From NCBI GenBank assembly GCA_938074205.1, contig CALJES010000012.1, positions 192,080-256,079 on the forward strand: a DNA stretch of 64,000 bases. The letters are read 5' to 3'. This document shows positions 8,327 through 18,332 of this stretch, one piece after another. The position numbers and the translations under genes were made by a program. Below the pieces are notes generated by a model, which had not been told where the DNA came from, made no database searches, and saw only the letters and a program-made list of their open reading frames with translations. The stretch is from an uncultured bacterium. Lineage in GTDB: Bacteria; Armatimonadota; UBA5829. Every line of letters begins with the position of its first letter. Position 1 is the stretch's first letter.

Positions 8327-11212
8327 TTGCCAAAATCAATGGGATGTAGGGTTGGTGATATGTCATTCGCCGAAGAATATGAACTGAGAATGCATGGTTT
8401 AAAAAGAGCTCAAACAAGTGCTGCGGCGCCAATGGAAAGACTGAAATGCGAAATAGAGTTTGCACGAAGCTTTGCGGAGCTGTTCCCCGAGAAGCAAGAG
8501 GAATGGCAAAAACTAATTCTAGAGGCATTGGACCTTGTGGGGAACGCGATTTCGCGAAGGGGAGCAATCAATTTCGAAAACATTGTGCGAAAAGCAGAGC
8601 AGCTACTCGCGCCAATAGGTAAAGTGGCAAAAGAGTATACCATCCATTGCTGTGGACATGCCCATATTGACATGAACTGGCTGTGGCCGTGGCAAGAAAC
8701 AGTCAACGTTACGCATGACACGTTCCTAACCGTCGACAAGTTGATGGATGAGTTTCCTGAGTTCCGATTTTCACAGAGCCAGGCATCTGTGTACATCGCT
8801 ATGGAGCAGTACTGCCCTGAAGTGTTCCGTATGATCAAGAGGCGCGTCCGCCAGGGCAAGTGGGATGTGACAGCCAGTATGTGGGTAGAAGGTGACAAAA
8901 ACATTGCCTCTGGCGAGGCGCTTTGTCGTCATCTTTTGTATACGCGGGCATATTTCAAAGACAGGTTTGGCCTCGAGCCAGAGAATGTTAAGATAGATTG
9001 GTCACCCGATACCTTTGGGCATGCGCGGACAATACCGTCGATAATATCTCGAGGAGCTGTAACTCGGTATTACTTCTGTCGCACGGGACCGGGTCCCTGG
9101 CTGTTTAAATGGCGAGCTCCCGACGGATCGGAAGTTCTCGCCTACAATGACAAGGGTGGCTACAATGGGCAAATAGATCCAGATGTTATGCGTCATCTTT
9201 TCTGTTGGTATGTTAAAGAGACGGGCCTCAAGGACTTTATGTTCATGTACGGCGTAGGTGACCACGGCGGCGGCCCTACTAGAGCAGATCTTCGCAAGTT
9301 CCGCGAGATATCGAAATGGCCTATATTCCCAACAGTCAAGCTGAGCACGACCGACGAGTTCTATTCGGCAGTTGAAAAAGCTAATCCAAAGTTGCCGGTG
9401 ATCGAGAAAGACTTGAATTTCACTTTTGAAGGTTGCTACACGTCGCAGAGCAGGATAAAGCGTGCGAATCGCATCAGCGAAATCGTGCTGCCGGAGTCGG
9501 AAACCGCTGCTCTAATTGCCGGATCTGTCTCAGGTATGCCGTACCCGCAAGATACTCTAGTTCGTTGTTGGCGACACACCCTGTTCAATCATTTCCATGA
9601 CATACTTCCAGGGTCGGGTGTTCATGCTACTTACGATTATTCTGAGGGGCTTTTCCAAGAAATCCAGGCTGCTACAGGCGCCATTCGCACTAGGGCTCTG
9701 CGTGCTTTGGCGGACCGTGTGGATACCGCCAGTGCTGCGCAGTGCAGAGTGACGCCGTTCGGTGGTGGTTTAGGCGACGGATTGGGTGCAGGTGCGGGGG
9801 ATTCAGGTATTCCGGGCGGAGTAACCGCACGAAACGCGGGAGCTCTTTGTGCCGAGCCGGTCGTGGTATACAACCAAAAACCTTGGCCTCGCGCAGATGT
9901 CGTGTACGCGAAAGTTTGGAACAAGGAACTGCAGGATGACCGCGTAGTCGTGCGAGATTCATCCGGCAACGACTTCAAGGGACAGATAGTTCAGAGAGGC
10001 CATTATTGGGGTCACTCGTTTGCCACCGTGGCGTTTCAAGCAGAAGTGCCGGCGTTAGGCTACAAGGTGTACGCTATCGACTGTGCTTCTGAGCCCGTGC
10101 ACGCAGAAGGTGCGCGGATCGATCGCTTCCTGCCGGACGGTACTGAGACGATGATAGCAGAAATCAACGAGCGTGGTATTCTGGAGAACGAGTATCTGCG
10201 TGTCGAGATTGACTCTGCATCAGGTGCCATAGCTCACCTTATCGATAAGGAAACCGGTTTTGACTACGTGCCTGAGGGACTACTTATGGGCGTTCTGGAA
10301 GCCTATCAAGAAGTTCCTCATGGCATGAGCGCATGGGTAATCGGGCAAATAAAGGAAGTTGAACCGCTTGTTGACGGAGGCGCTTTGAGGATCACACAGC
10401 GGGGACCAAACCGGGTGGCTGTGCAGTGCAGTAGAAAATGGCGGGATTCCACGATTTCGGTTGAGATAGCACTCAACGCAGGATCGCGCCTTGTAGACTT
10501 CACGCTGCGGACCAGATGGGTGGAGCGCGGATCTCCGGAGACAGGGGTTCCCATGCTCCGCGTCGCATTCCCAGTCAACGTTCAGAACGGTACGGCGACT
10601 TACGAGATTCCATTCGGCGCACAGGTCAGGCCACAGAGCGAGCAGGAAGTGCCCGCTCTAAAATGGGCAGATGTGTCCGATGACAACTACGGTGTGACCT
10701 TAGTCAATAACTGTAAGTATGGGCATTCGTGCAACGAGGGTGTTCTGAGGTTGACGCTGATCAGATCAAGCTATGAACCGGACCCGCTTCCGGAAATTGC
10801 CGATCATGAAATCAGATACGGCATTATACCTCACAAGGGCAAGTGCAATGTGGTGGCAGCGACACGAGCAGGCGAGGAATTTAATTCACCTATGGCGGTT
10901 GTAAGCGCCCCTGTACAGTCTGGTGAGCTTCCTCCAGAAAAGAGCTTTGCCGAAGTTCTGACGCCCAACGTGTTTGTCTCAGCTATCAAGAAAGCGGAAG
11001 ATTCGAATGCGCTTGTGGTGAGAATGTTCGAGGTTGAGGGCAAAGACACCGAAGCTAAACTGCGACTGAGTGGGCTGGTGAAGCCAGGGGCTAAGGCTGT
11101 GGAGACAGACCTGCTAGAGCGACCCGTCAAGAAAAACACTGCCAATATTCAGGGCGACGTGTTGACGGTTAGAATCCCAGCGTTCGGTATTGCCACCGTC
11201 AAAATAGGGTAA
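8327..11212 (+). CDS. Glycoside hydrolase family 38 alpha-mannosidase (ORF begins at a TTG; true start likely ATG 8339 or 8360)
   Basis: 961 aa. GH38 N-terminal signature HCCGHAHIDMNWLWPWQET, a central alpha-mannosidase middle domain and a C-terminal beta-sandwich. Contains an unusual Gly-rich insertion GGGLGDGLGAGAGDSGIPGG. Confidence 0.85.
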   Translation: MPKSMGCRVGDMSFAEEYELRMHGLKRAQTSAAAPMERLKCEIEFARSFAELFPEKQEEWQKLILEALDLVGNAISRRGAINFENIVRKAEQLLAPIGKVAKEYTIHCCGHAHIDMNWLWPWQETVNVTHDTFLTVDKLMDEFPEFRFSQSQASVYIAMEQYCPEVFRMIKRRVRQGKWDVTASMWVEGDKNIASGEALCRHLLYTRAYFKDRFGLEPENVKIDWSPDTFGHARTIPSIISRGAVTRYYFCRTGPGPWLFKWRAPDGSEVLAYNDKGGYNGQIDPDVMRHLFCWYVKETGLKDFMFMYGVGDHGGGPTRADLRKFREISKWPIFPTVKLSTTDEFYSAVEKANPKLPVIEKDLNFTFEGCYTSQSRIKRANRISEIVLPESETAALIAGSVSGMPYPQDTLVRCWRHTLFNHFHDILPGSGVHATYDYSEGLFQEIQAATGAIRTRALRALADRVDTASAAQCRVTPFGGGLGDGLGAGAGDSGIPGGVTARNAGALCAEPVVVYNQKPWPRADVVYAKVWNKELQDDRVVVRDSSGNDFKGQIVQRGHYWGHSFATVAFQAEVPALGYKVYAIDCASEPVHAEGARIDRFLPDGTETMIAEINERGILENEYLRVEIDSASGAIAHLIDKETGFDYVPEGLLMGVLEAYQEVPHGMSAWVIGQIKEVEPLVDGGALRITQRGPNRVAVQCSRKWRDSTISVEIALNAGSRLVDFTLRTRWVERGSPETGVPMLRVAFPVNVQNGTATYEIPFGAQVRPQSEQEVPALKWADVSDDNYGVTLVNNCKYGHSCNEGVLRLTLIRSSYEPDPLPEIADHEIRYGIIPHKGKCNVVAATRAGEEFNSPMAVVSAPVQSGELPPEKSFAEVLTPNVFVSAIKKAEDSNALVVRMFEVEGKDTEAKLRLSGLVKPGAKAVETDLLERPVKKNTANIQGDVLTVRIPAFGIATVKIG

Positions 11213-11484
11213 CAACTCTTCAAAGCTCGGGGAACCGGCGGTTGGACTCAGTGTTTTGAGCGGCCGACCGGTTCCTCAAAATCTTCCTGCCTCTTGTAAG
11301 AACCGGCAAGCAAACTGTAGTCAGTGCGGAGCGAATCAGCGCTTTGCGTAGAGTCTCGGGTTGTGTACACAGCTAATTCACGATCCGGTGTCCACTTCGG
11401 TGTGAATGGAGTTTCCCGTGTTTTTGGCGTTCGGTTGCAGAGTGGTGAGTCATTTTTTTACAATAGTCTAATGAACGTGGGCTT

Positions 11485-12234
11485 ATGCTCCGAAAAACAC
11501 CGAGGTGCGAAATGAGTAAGCGACATTTTCTCTTGTTGGTGCTGCTGTTGGTGCTCTCGATCCAACCTGGCTTCTCGCTCGTTTCGGTAAACGACCAGCG
11601 CAAGCCGACATCTCCGACCAAGGTACTGATGGAAGTCGGCGGACCTTTTCACGACAATCCGGCTTTGTATGAGTTGCTGAAGGGAAAGCTCGAAGCTACA
11701 GGTAGATTCGTGCTTACAATAACCGACAACCGCGATGAACTGTCAAAACCTGCTATAGACAAGTACGACGTGGTGTTAATCTACACCACTGATGGAGTAC
11801 TTACTGAGCCTCAGGAAAAAGGGCTCATTAGCTTCGTTGAGGACGGTAAAGGCGTTGTAGGCATTCACTCAGCCACAGACTCATTCAAGAATTCGGATGC
11901 TTACTGGAAAATGATGTGCGGTAGATTTGCCGGTCACGGATCTGGTACGTTCAAAGTCAAAATCACGGGCAAGAGCCACGCGATCGTAAGAGGGATGTCT
12001 GGCTTCGAAATCACGGATGAAACTTATAGGCATAGCTGGCATCCCGAGTCAAAACCTATAATACTTATGCGTCGGGAGGAAGACAACGAGCCGGTATCGT
12101 GGGTGCAGTACTACGGCAAGGGGCGCGTATTTGTAACTGGTCTTGGTCACGGAAAACCGGCGTGGGAAAACTCGGCATTCCAAGAGCTCATTGAGCGCGC
12201 TCTTGACTGGGCTGCTGGCCGTCTCAATCCCTAG
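11485..12234 (+). CDS. Secreted ThuA-like (class-I glutamine-amidotransferase-like) protein
   Basis: Signal peptide MSKRHFLLLVLLLVLSIQPGFSL, then a ThuA/trehalose-utilisation-like fold (GVVGIHSATDSF..WVQYYGKGRVFVTGLGH). Confidence 0.55.
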   Translation: MLRKTPRCEMSKRHFLLLVLLLVLSIQPGFSLVSVNDQRKPTSPTKVLMEVGGPFHDNPALYELLKGKLEATGRFVLTITDNRDELSKPAIDKYDVVLIYTTDGVLTEPQEKGLISFVEDGKGVVGIHSATDSFKNSDAYWKMMCGRFAGHGSGTFKVKITGKSHAIVRGMSGFEITDETYRHSWHPESKPIILMRREEDNEPVSWVQYYGKGRVFVTGLGHGKPAWENSAFQELIERALDWAAGRLNP

Positions 12235-12296
12235 CGCATCAAGCATTCGCCACATTAGTATTCAATTGCAATATTTCAGAGGGGGTAACTTAAGTA

Positions 12297-13706
12297 ATGA
12301 ACGAATTGTCTTCTCTTGCACGTCCTCGGGTTGTCCCACCGCTGGACACTGAGTTTGCTCCTGCAGCTCTTGCGCTGCGCGAGTTCACAAATGCAGTCAA
12401 GCAATCGGGGCGTGTCGCAGACCTTTTTATCGCGTTAGAGCGCGGCGACGGGCAGATCAGCGTATACAAGACTTGCTGCTTCGAAGACTCTGCAGATGCA
12501 CAATCCATCAATTGCCAGTATGCAGAGCGGCTGGTCAAGTTTCTCTTGTGGCGGAGTGGCGGCTGGAAAATAATTGTTGGAGGGCCAACAAGCATCGGCA
12601 ATTACATCAAGACAGCTTATGCGCCGGACGGTATTCGTGCGTGGGATGCTGAGTTCATGTCTGGCGTATATGAGAAGCCATTTACTGTGGAAGTCACGGA
12701 TGTGCAGGGCGTTCCGGAGGCAAACGAAGGAACTGTGCGTTTGGGGGGCCACCTGGATGGCTGTCGTATCGGTTTTGATTTGGGAGCCACTGACAGAAAG
12801 GTGGCTGCAGTTATAGATGGACAAACGGTGTTCACTGAAGAAGTAGTCTGGAACCCCAGAGATGCGTCCGACCCCAGCTATCACTACAACGAAATCAATT
12901 CAGCATTGAAAGCTGCCGCGGCTCACATGCCTCGCGTAGATGCAATAGGCGGCAGTGCAGCCGGAATCTATATCAACAACCGTCCCCGAGTTGCATCCCT
13001 GTTCCGCGGCGTGCCCAAGGAACTGTTCGAGACTAGAATAGCCAATCTGTTTCTGGACCTCCAAAAGGAATGGGGAGGTGTCCCGTTTGAAGTTGTAAAC
13101 GATGGTGAGGTCACGGCATTGGCCGGATCAATGGCGCTCGGCGACGGAGCGGTATTGGGAATCGCAATGGGTTCAAGCGAAGCTGGAGGTTATGTAACAC
13201 CTAAAAGGGAGATAACTACTTGGCTGAATGAGCTAGCATTTTGCCCTGTGGATTACAATCCAAACGCTCCTATCGATGAGTGGTCGGGAGACTTTGGATG
13301 CGGTGTGCAGTACTTCTCCCAGCAAGCTGTGTTCCGTCTGGCTGAGAAAGCGCAGATATCCATTGATCCGAGCCTAGGTCCGGCTGACAAACTCAAATGG
13401 CTACAGACCTTGCTTCGCAACGGAAATATGAAGGCGAGGAGTGTCTGGGAGACTATAGGTATCTATACCGGCTACGGAATTGCCCATTATGCTAACTTCT
13501 ATGAGTTGAGGCATGTGTTGATACTTGGCCGAGTAACTTCCGGAGACGGCGGCGGTATAATAATCGAAAAAGCCCAGGAAGTACTTCGCAAGGAATTCCC
13601 TGAACTTGCGGAGCGTGTCAAATTGCATCTGCCAGACGAATCGAGCAGAAGAGTGGGGCAGGCAGTGGCTGCCGCAAGCTTGCCTGTGATACAAAGGTAC
13701 AAATAA
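12297..13706 (+). CDS. ASKHA-superfamily (ROK/BadF-type) sugar-kinase-like protein
   Basis: 469 aa with two glycine-rich ATPase-like loops (GFDLGATDRKVAAVIDG; IGGSAAGIYINN) as in ROK/glucokinase-like proteins. The N-terminal ~150 aa is atypical. Confidence 0.4.
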   Translation: MNELSSLARPRVVPPLDTEFAPAALALREFTNAVKQSGRVADLFIALERGDGQISVYKTCCFEDSADAQSINCQYAERLVKFLLWRSGGWKIIVGGPTSIGNYIKTAYAPDGIRAWDAEFMSGVYEKPFTVEVTDVQGVPEANEGTVRLGGHLDGCRIGFDLGATDRKVAAVIDGQTVFTEEVVWNPRDASDPSYHYNEINSALKAAAAHMPRVDAIGGSAAGIYINNRPRVASLFRGVPKELFETRIANLFLDLQKEWGGVPFEVVNDGEVTALAGSMALGDGAVLGIAMGSSEAGGYVTPKREITTWLNELAFCPVDYNPNAPIDEWSGDFGCGVQYFSQQAVFRLAEKAQISIDPSLGPADKLKWLQTLLRNGNMKARSVWETIGIYTGYGIAHYANFYELRHVLILGRVTSGDGGGIIIEKAQEVLRKEFPELAERVKLHLPDESSRRVGQAVAAASLPVIQRYK

Positions 13707-13725
13707 TGAGTCAGAGGTATGTAAC

Positions 13726-14574
13726 ATGCAACTCCACAAGCCGACATCTGATATATTTGTTCCTGATGGACTGCCCGCAGATGAAGCCGTAGCACGAACT
13801 ACGCATATGTGCGTGGGTGCCCATCAAGATGATATAGAAATAGCAGCGACGCATGGCATACTTGAGTGTTTCGGCAAGTCTGACAAGTGGTTTATGGGTG
13901 TTGTGGTTACCAATGGTAGCGGTAGCCCCCGTGACGATCTATACGCCGACTATACAGATGAGCAAATGATGGCTGTGAGGCGCGTGGAACAGAGAAAGGC
14001 AGCCTACATCGGCGAGTACTGCGCTCAGGCGTTCCTCGATTACTCGAGCGCGGAAATTAAGGATCCGACTAATGACTTTGTTGTCGAAGATCTGAAACAA
14101 CTGCTCATTCTTGCCCGCCCGAAAATCGTCTACACGCATAACCTAGCGGACAAACACGATACCCACGTTGCGGTGGCGCTGCGAGTGATAAAAGCGATTA
14201 GAGAACTGCCTAAAGATGCGCGGCCTGAAAAGCTTCTGGGAGGTGAGATTTGGAGAGATCTTGACTGGTTGTGCGACGAGGACAAGACAGTTCTCGATGT
14301 CTCCGCGCACGAGAACCTGTCTGCCGCCCTGCTGGGGGTATTTGATTCGCAGATATGCGGGGGCAAGCGCTACGACTTAGCTACCATGGGACGCAGGCGT
14401 GCACACGCCACTTACTTCCAGTCGCACGGTGTCGATGTGTCGACTGCACTGACTTTTGCAATGGACCTGACTCCGCTGATGCAGGATGAATCGCTCAGCC
14501 CAGAAGTTTACGTGAGGCGTTTCATCGACAAATTCGCGGAAGAAGTGGACAGCCGCATTCGTAAGCTCTCTTAG
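13726..14574 (+). CDS. PIG-L/LmbE-family N-acetylglucosaminyl deacetylase
   Basis: Zinc-binding AHQDDIEIA (AHPDDE-like) near the N-terminus and a later HxxH region (HNLADKHDTH). Confidence 0.6.
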   Translation: MQLHKPTSDIFVPDGLPADEAVARTTHMCVGAHQDDIEIAATHGILECFGKSDKWFMGVVVTNGSGSPRDDLYADYTDEQMMAVRRVEQRKAAYIGEYCAQAFLDYSSAEIKDPTNDFVVEDLKQLLILARPKIVYTHNLADKHDTHVAVALRVIKAIRELPKDARPEKLLGGEIWRDLDWLCDEDKTVLDVSAHENLSAALLGVFDSQICGGKRYDLATMGRRRAHATYFQSHGVDVSTALTFAMDLTPLMQDESLSPEVYVRRFIDKFAEEVDSRIRKLS

Positions 14575-14616
14575 AGAGCCTTAGCCGGACTGTTTCGGAA
14601 TGGAGGAGCGATAACT

Positions 14617-15723
14617 ATGAGAACGAGACTTACGGCGTTGTTTGTTTGCGCGTTGATGGTGCTTACGGCCAGCGCACTGGTCTGTCAGGTCACAGACTGG
14701 TTCAGACAGCTGGACAAGAATGGGGACGGTGTTATTGTACCAGATGAGCTGAACAGACCGCATTTGTTCGCTCAGCTCGATGCGGATTCGGACGGAAAGG
14801 TTACACACGAGGAAGCGCAGAAGGCTGCGGCTCGCTTGCCTCGGCGAGCTGGTCGGGGCACTGAACTGCCGAAGCCTGACGAATCCAACGTCAAATACGG
14901 ACCTCATGAGCGTAATGTATTAGATTTATGGAAAGCGAAGTCGAGCAAACCGACTCCGCTTATTGTTTTCATTCACGGGGGTGGCTTCGTCGGCGGCGAT
15001 AAGTCGCACATTCCTCCAACTGCGCTCAAGCGCGCGTTAGAGGAGGGAGCGTCGGTGATGTCGATCAACTACCGATTCCTCCAGCATGCTCCAATACAAG
15101 ACATACTGCGCGATGGTGGTCGAGCGATACAGTTTGTCAGGGCAAATGCAGCGAAGTACAACATTGATCCTAAGCGAATAGCGTGTTTTGGGAGCTCAGC
15201 AGGAGCAGGGACGTCGTTATGGCTGGCCGTGCATCCAGACCTTGCTGACCCCAATTCAGATGACCCCGTTGCAAAGCAATCAAGCCGTATAAGTGCTTGC
15301 GCTTGTTTAAATGGGCAAGCCACTTACGATTTGCTAGAGTGGCAGAATGTGATTTACCCGTTCAAACCAGAGTGGATGAGATCTCCAACAGAAGACTTGG
15401 GTTTCTACCACTTCAAGTCAAGAGCCGACTACGACACAGAAGAAGGTAGAAAGATTCTTGATGAGTGCAGCATGCTTAGGCTTCTGTCAAGCGATGATCC
15501 GCCCATATTTATGTCCTGTACCCTGCCACAAGGGGACCCAAAGAACCGAAATCACCTGCTGCACCATCCTAGGCATGTAGAGGTAGTAAAGAAAAAGGCA
15601 GAGAGCGTAGGGGTAAAGTTTGAAGGTCATCTAGCAGGCGACAAGAGTGCTATTAAGGGGGACCCTGCAGTGGCAGCTGTGGATTTCCTTCTTAGGCATT
15701 TGGGGGAGAATGGGAAGCAATAG
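14617..15723 (+). CDS. Secreted alpha/beta-hydrolase esterase with an N-terminal EF-hand pair
   Basis: Signal peptide. Two EF-hand loops (DKNGDGVIVPDEL; DADSDGKVTHEE). Oxyanion-hole motif VFIHGGGFVGGD and nucleophile elbow GSSAG (GxSxG). Confidence 0.65.
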   Translation: MRTRLTALFVCALMVLTASALVCQVTDWFRQLDKNGDGVIVPDELNRPHLFAQLDADSDGKVTHEEAQKAAARLPRRAGRGTELPKPDESNVKYGPHERNVLDLWKAKSSKPTPLIVFIHGGGFVGGDKSHIPPTALKRALEEGASVMSINYRFLQHAPIQDILRDGGRAIQFVRANAAKYNIDPKRIACFGSSAGAGTSLWLAVHPDLADPNSDDPVAKQSSRISACACLNGQATYDLLEWQNVIYPFKPEWMRSPTEDLGFYHFKSRADYDTEEGRKILDECSMLRLLSSDDPPIFMSCTLPQGDPKNRNHLLHHPRHVEVVKKKAESVGVKFEGHLAGDKSAIKGDPAVAAVDFLLRHLGENGKQ

Positions 15724-15764
15724 GACTCAGCTAGCCTGCGCTATATTGCTGGCTGTTGAACGTA

Positions 15765-17477
15765 CTATTCTTCTCCTGCACAGTTTTGTTCCGTCGTGGG
15801 AATAGGAAGGCGGGCAACGGCACGCGTTCCGGCGCCAGGTTGACTTTCCAGAATAAACACGCCGGCGTACTGCCTGGCTCGCTCTTCGACTCCGACCAGA
15901 CCCAAATGTCCCTCTGAAGCCTTCTCAGCACGCACGCGTGCCACGTCGAATCCGATACCATTATCTGCTACTTCGATTACGAGGTTGCCGTCTCTTACGC
16001 AAGCACAAACTCTTACTCGGCTCGCTTGGGAGTGAGTAGCGGCGTTATTGAGCAATTCACGAGCGATTTGGAAACCGGCAAGTGCTACCTCAGAAGGTAT
16101 CGGTGCTTCAGGTAACGCCAAGTCCAATTCAATCTGGAACCCACCTCTTTGAGCAGCACCATTTGCCAGTCGTTCAATTGCTTGTTTCAACCTTCCCGGC
16201 TCGGGACCCATCAACCTGAGCTCGCTGAGGTAAGCGCGAACTTCTGCAAGGCTCTGGGTGGCGATTTGACTAGTCCGATCAACTAGTTCAGCCGCAGCAC
16301 CAACTGAGCCCTTGGAAATCAGTATCTTGCAGCGTTCTAGATGAAGCTGAATGGCCGTGAGATTTTGGAGGAAGTTGTCGTGCAGATCCCGCGCTATTCG
16401 CAGTCGTTCTTCTGACATAGCTGCTTCCCTCAGCCGTTCCCATAGCAGAGCATTTTCGATAACAGGAGCAGCTTGGGTGGCAATAAGGTCAAGAATTTGA
16501 AGATCGGAGTTATTGAGCGGTCTGTCTCGGCGGTTTGCCGCATATATAACGCCGACCGGCGTTGCTCTAACCATCATAGGTGCTGCCGCCAGATTCCTGA
16601 GACTGAGTTTTTCTCTTATAAGTGCAGGAAATGTGTCGTCTCTTCCTAGGTGGTTCGAAAAAAGGGGATGCTGTTCGCGGATTATCTCGTCTACGTTCCA
16701 AATGCCAGCATCGTCTCGGAATGCCGCAATCAGGGCTGGCTCGGCTCCAGAAGGTGAAAGCCCTTCGCCTTCTCCGGTCTCTGCATAGCGTTTGGCAGGC
16801 AAGAAGAATACCTTATCTGCATTTAGAAGCTGCTGTGTTCGAGCCAAAAGGTGCTCGATGATATCGCGGGCGCTGGCAAGCCCTGCTAATTCTCCCCTTA
16901 GCTCGTTGACCACCGCCAGACTAGATTGGTAAGTGAGCTGCTTCTCAGATATTCTGCCGAAGAGGAAAGCTAAAACAAGCAGGAATCCTGTGAACCCCAA
17001 AACGGCAGGTACATTCGTGCCATACGTGGCCGGGGCAGAACAGGCTACTATTGTGAAGCCAACAATGCTAGCAGAGAGTGCTAAAATCGAATACTGCCAT
17101 CCGTACCTGGTCGCAACGCAGACAACATAGAAAATGTACCACAAATGAAAGGGGATAGCAGTTCCAGCCGTGGCGTACACCAAGTAGGTTATCAGTAGGA
17201 CCTCAGCGAAACTAGAAACGGCATTGATAGTTTTGAGCTGCTCCGGCTTCCAATACACCAGGGCGCACATAACAAGCGAGTAGCTGAGAAGAAGAAAGGT
17301 CACAACTACAACCTGATGCGCTGTGATCTTGAGGGGTTCTTCGCTAATTTTAGGTTGGTCAAGGTAGAATTTGACGAGTACTACAGATGTGGTTACGGCG
17401 AGGAGAAGTCTTATCACCGCTTGCTGGCGTTCTGCGTGTAGCCGCTCTAGAACCAGACTGTATGCGCCGGCCTTCAC
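15765..17477 (-). CDS. Membrane sensor histidine kinase (GAF + HisKA_3 + HATPase_c, NarL-type partner)
   Basis: Several N-terminal TM helices, a GAF-like region, the H-box LHDNFLQNLTAIQLHLE, and ATP-binding N/G boxes (ELLNNAATHS; DNGIGF). Directly upstream of the LuxR-type regulator on the same strand. Confidence 0.8.
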   Translation of the reverse strand: MKAGAYSLVLERLHAERQQAVIRLLLAVTTSVVLVKFYLDQPKISEEPLKITAHQVVVVTFLLLSYSLVMCALVYWKPEQLKTINAVSSFAEVLLITYLVYATAGTAIPFHLWYIFYVVCVATRYGWQYSILALSASIVGFTIVACSAPATYGTNVPAVLGFTGFLLVLAFLFGRISEKQLTYQSSLAVVNELRGELAGLASARDIIEHLLARTQQLLNADKVFFLPAKRYAETGEGEGLSPSGAEPALIAAFRDDAGIWNVDEIIREQHPLFSNHLGRDDTFPALIREKLSLRNLAAAPMMVRATPVGVIYAANRRDRPLNNSDLQILDLIATQAAPVIENALLWERLREAAMSEERLRIARDLHDNFLQNLTAIQLHLERCKILISKGSVGAAAELVDRTSQIATQSLAEVRAYLSELRLMGPEPGRLKQAIERLANGAAQRGGFQIELDLALPEAPIPSEVALAGFQIARELLNNAATHSQASRVRVCACVRDGNLVIEVADNGIGFDVARVRAEKASEGHLGLVGVEERARQYAGVFILESQPGAGTRAVARLPIPTTEQNCAGEE

Positions 17478-17483
17478 TTTCGT

Positions 17484-18149
17484 CTATGCCTGCACAATTC
17501 CACATCGGATGGCAAAACGTACGGCCTCAGCACGGTGAGATAAATTCAACTTCTCCAGTATTCGGCTCACGTGCACTTTGACCGTGTGCTCGCTGATGAA
17601 AAGCTCCTCCGCTATCTGGGCATTGGATTTGGCTTCGCCCAGAAGCTTAAGAACTTCAAGCTCACGCGCAGTTAGAAGTGAGAGCTTGGCGGATTCGTCG
17701 CTGGGTCCTTTCTTCGCAATCCCGCGGAATAGCTTCGCGGTTAAATCCGGCGGTAGCCAGCACCCACCATCAGCTACTTTGCGTATGGCGTTGACAAGCT
17801 GGCTCGAAGCGGCATCCTTAAGCAAATACCCCGCAGCACCGCTCTTTATAGAACGCGCAAGCAGATCGTCGTTGTCAACTCCGGTAAGAACTATGGTTCG
17901 AGTAGGCAAGTCTTCTGCGGCGAGTGTCTCCAGAACCTCAACTCCTCCCATCTCGGGCATAATCAGGTCCAACAGAAGTATTGTCGGTTTAAGCTGACGA
18001 ACCTTTTCGACGGTTTCGCTTCCCGTGGCAGCTTCGCCGACCACGTTCAGATCGTCATGTTCCTCCAGCAGACCTCTTAGACCCTCACGTAGGATGGCGT
18101 GATCGTCTGCAATGACGATGGTTATCTTTTCACATGCCCCCGCATCCAC
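17484..18149 (-). CDS. Response regulator, NarL/FixJ (LuxR) family
   Basis: REC domain (IVIADDHAILREGL..LLDLIMP) and a C-terminal LuxR HTH (LTARELEVLKLLGEAKSNAQIAEELFISEHTVKVHVSRILEKL). Confidence 0.85.
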   Translation of the reverse strand: MDAGACEKITIVIADDHAILREGLRGLLEEHDDLNVVGEAATGSETVEKVRQLKPTILLLDLIMPEMGGVEVLETLAAEDLPTRTIVLTGVDNDDLLARSIKSGAAGYLLKDAASSQLVNAIRKVADGGCWLPPDLTAKLFRGIAKKGPSDESAKLSLLTARELEVLKLLGEAKSNAQIAEELFISEHTVKVHVSRILEKLNLSHRAEAVRFAIRCGIVQA

Positions 18150-18332
18150 AAAGCACCACCTACCCCTGTTCCTATTCTCCCCTAATGAGTTTATTAGCTT
18201 GGTAAGCCTCAGATACCTGCTGCGAGCGTAGGTATGTAACGATACGCGATTATAATACTATAGTGTTACATGCTAATAGGTCGTGATTCCAATTGTGGTT
18301 TGGTCCTCTATGGACTTACAATTCAATTGTAA

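Noticed and set aside
9637-9978. 113-aa and 90-aa minus-strand ORFs in the GH38 Gly-rich insertion region
   Set aside because: Antisense to GH38; they arise from the low-complexity GGC/GCA-rich stretch.
11229-11277. Inverted repeat GGAACCGG...CCGGTTCC after the GH38 stop as a terminator
   Set aside because: The 8-bp stem encloses a ~30-nt loop and has no trailing U-tract, so it is not a convincing intrinsic terminator; it could still be a regulatory or REP-like element.
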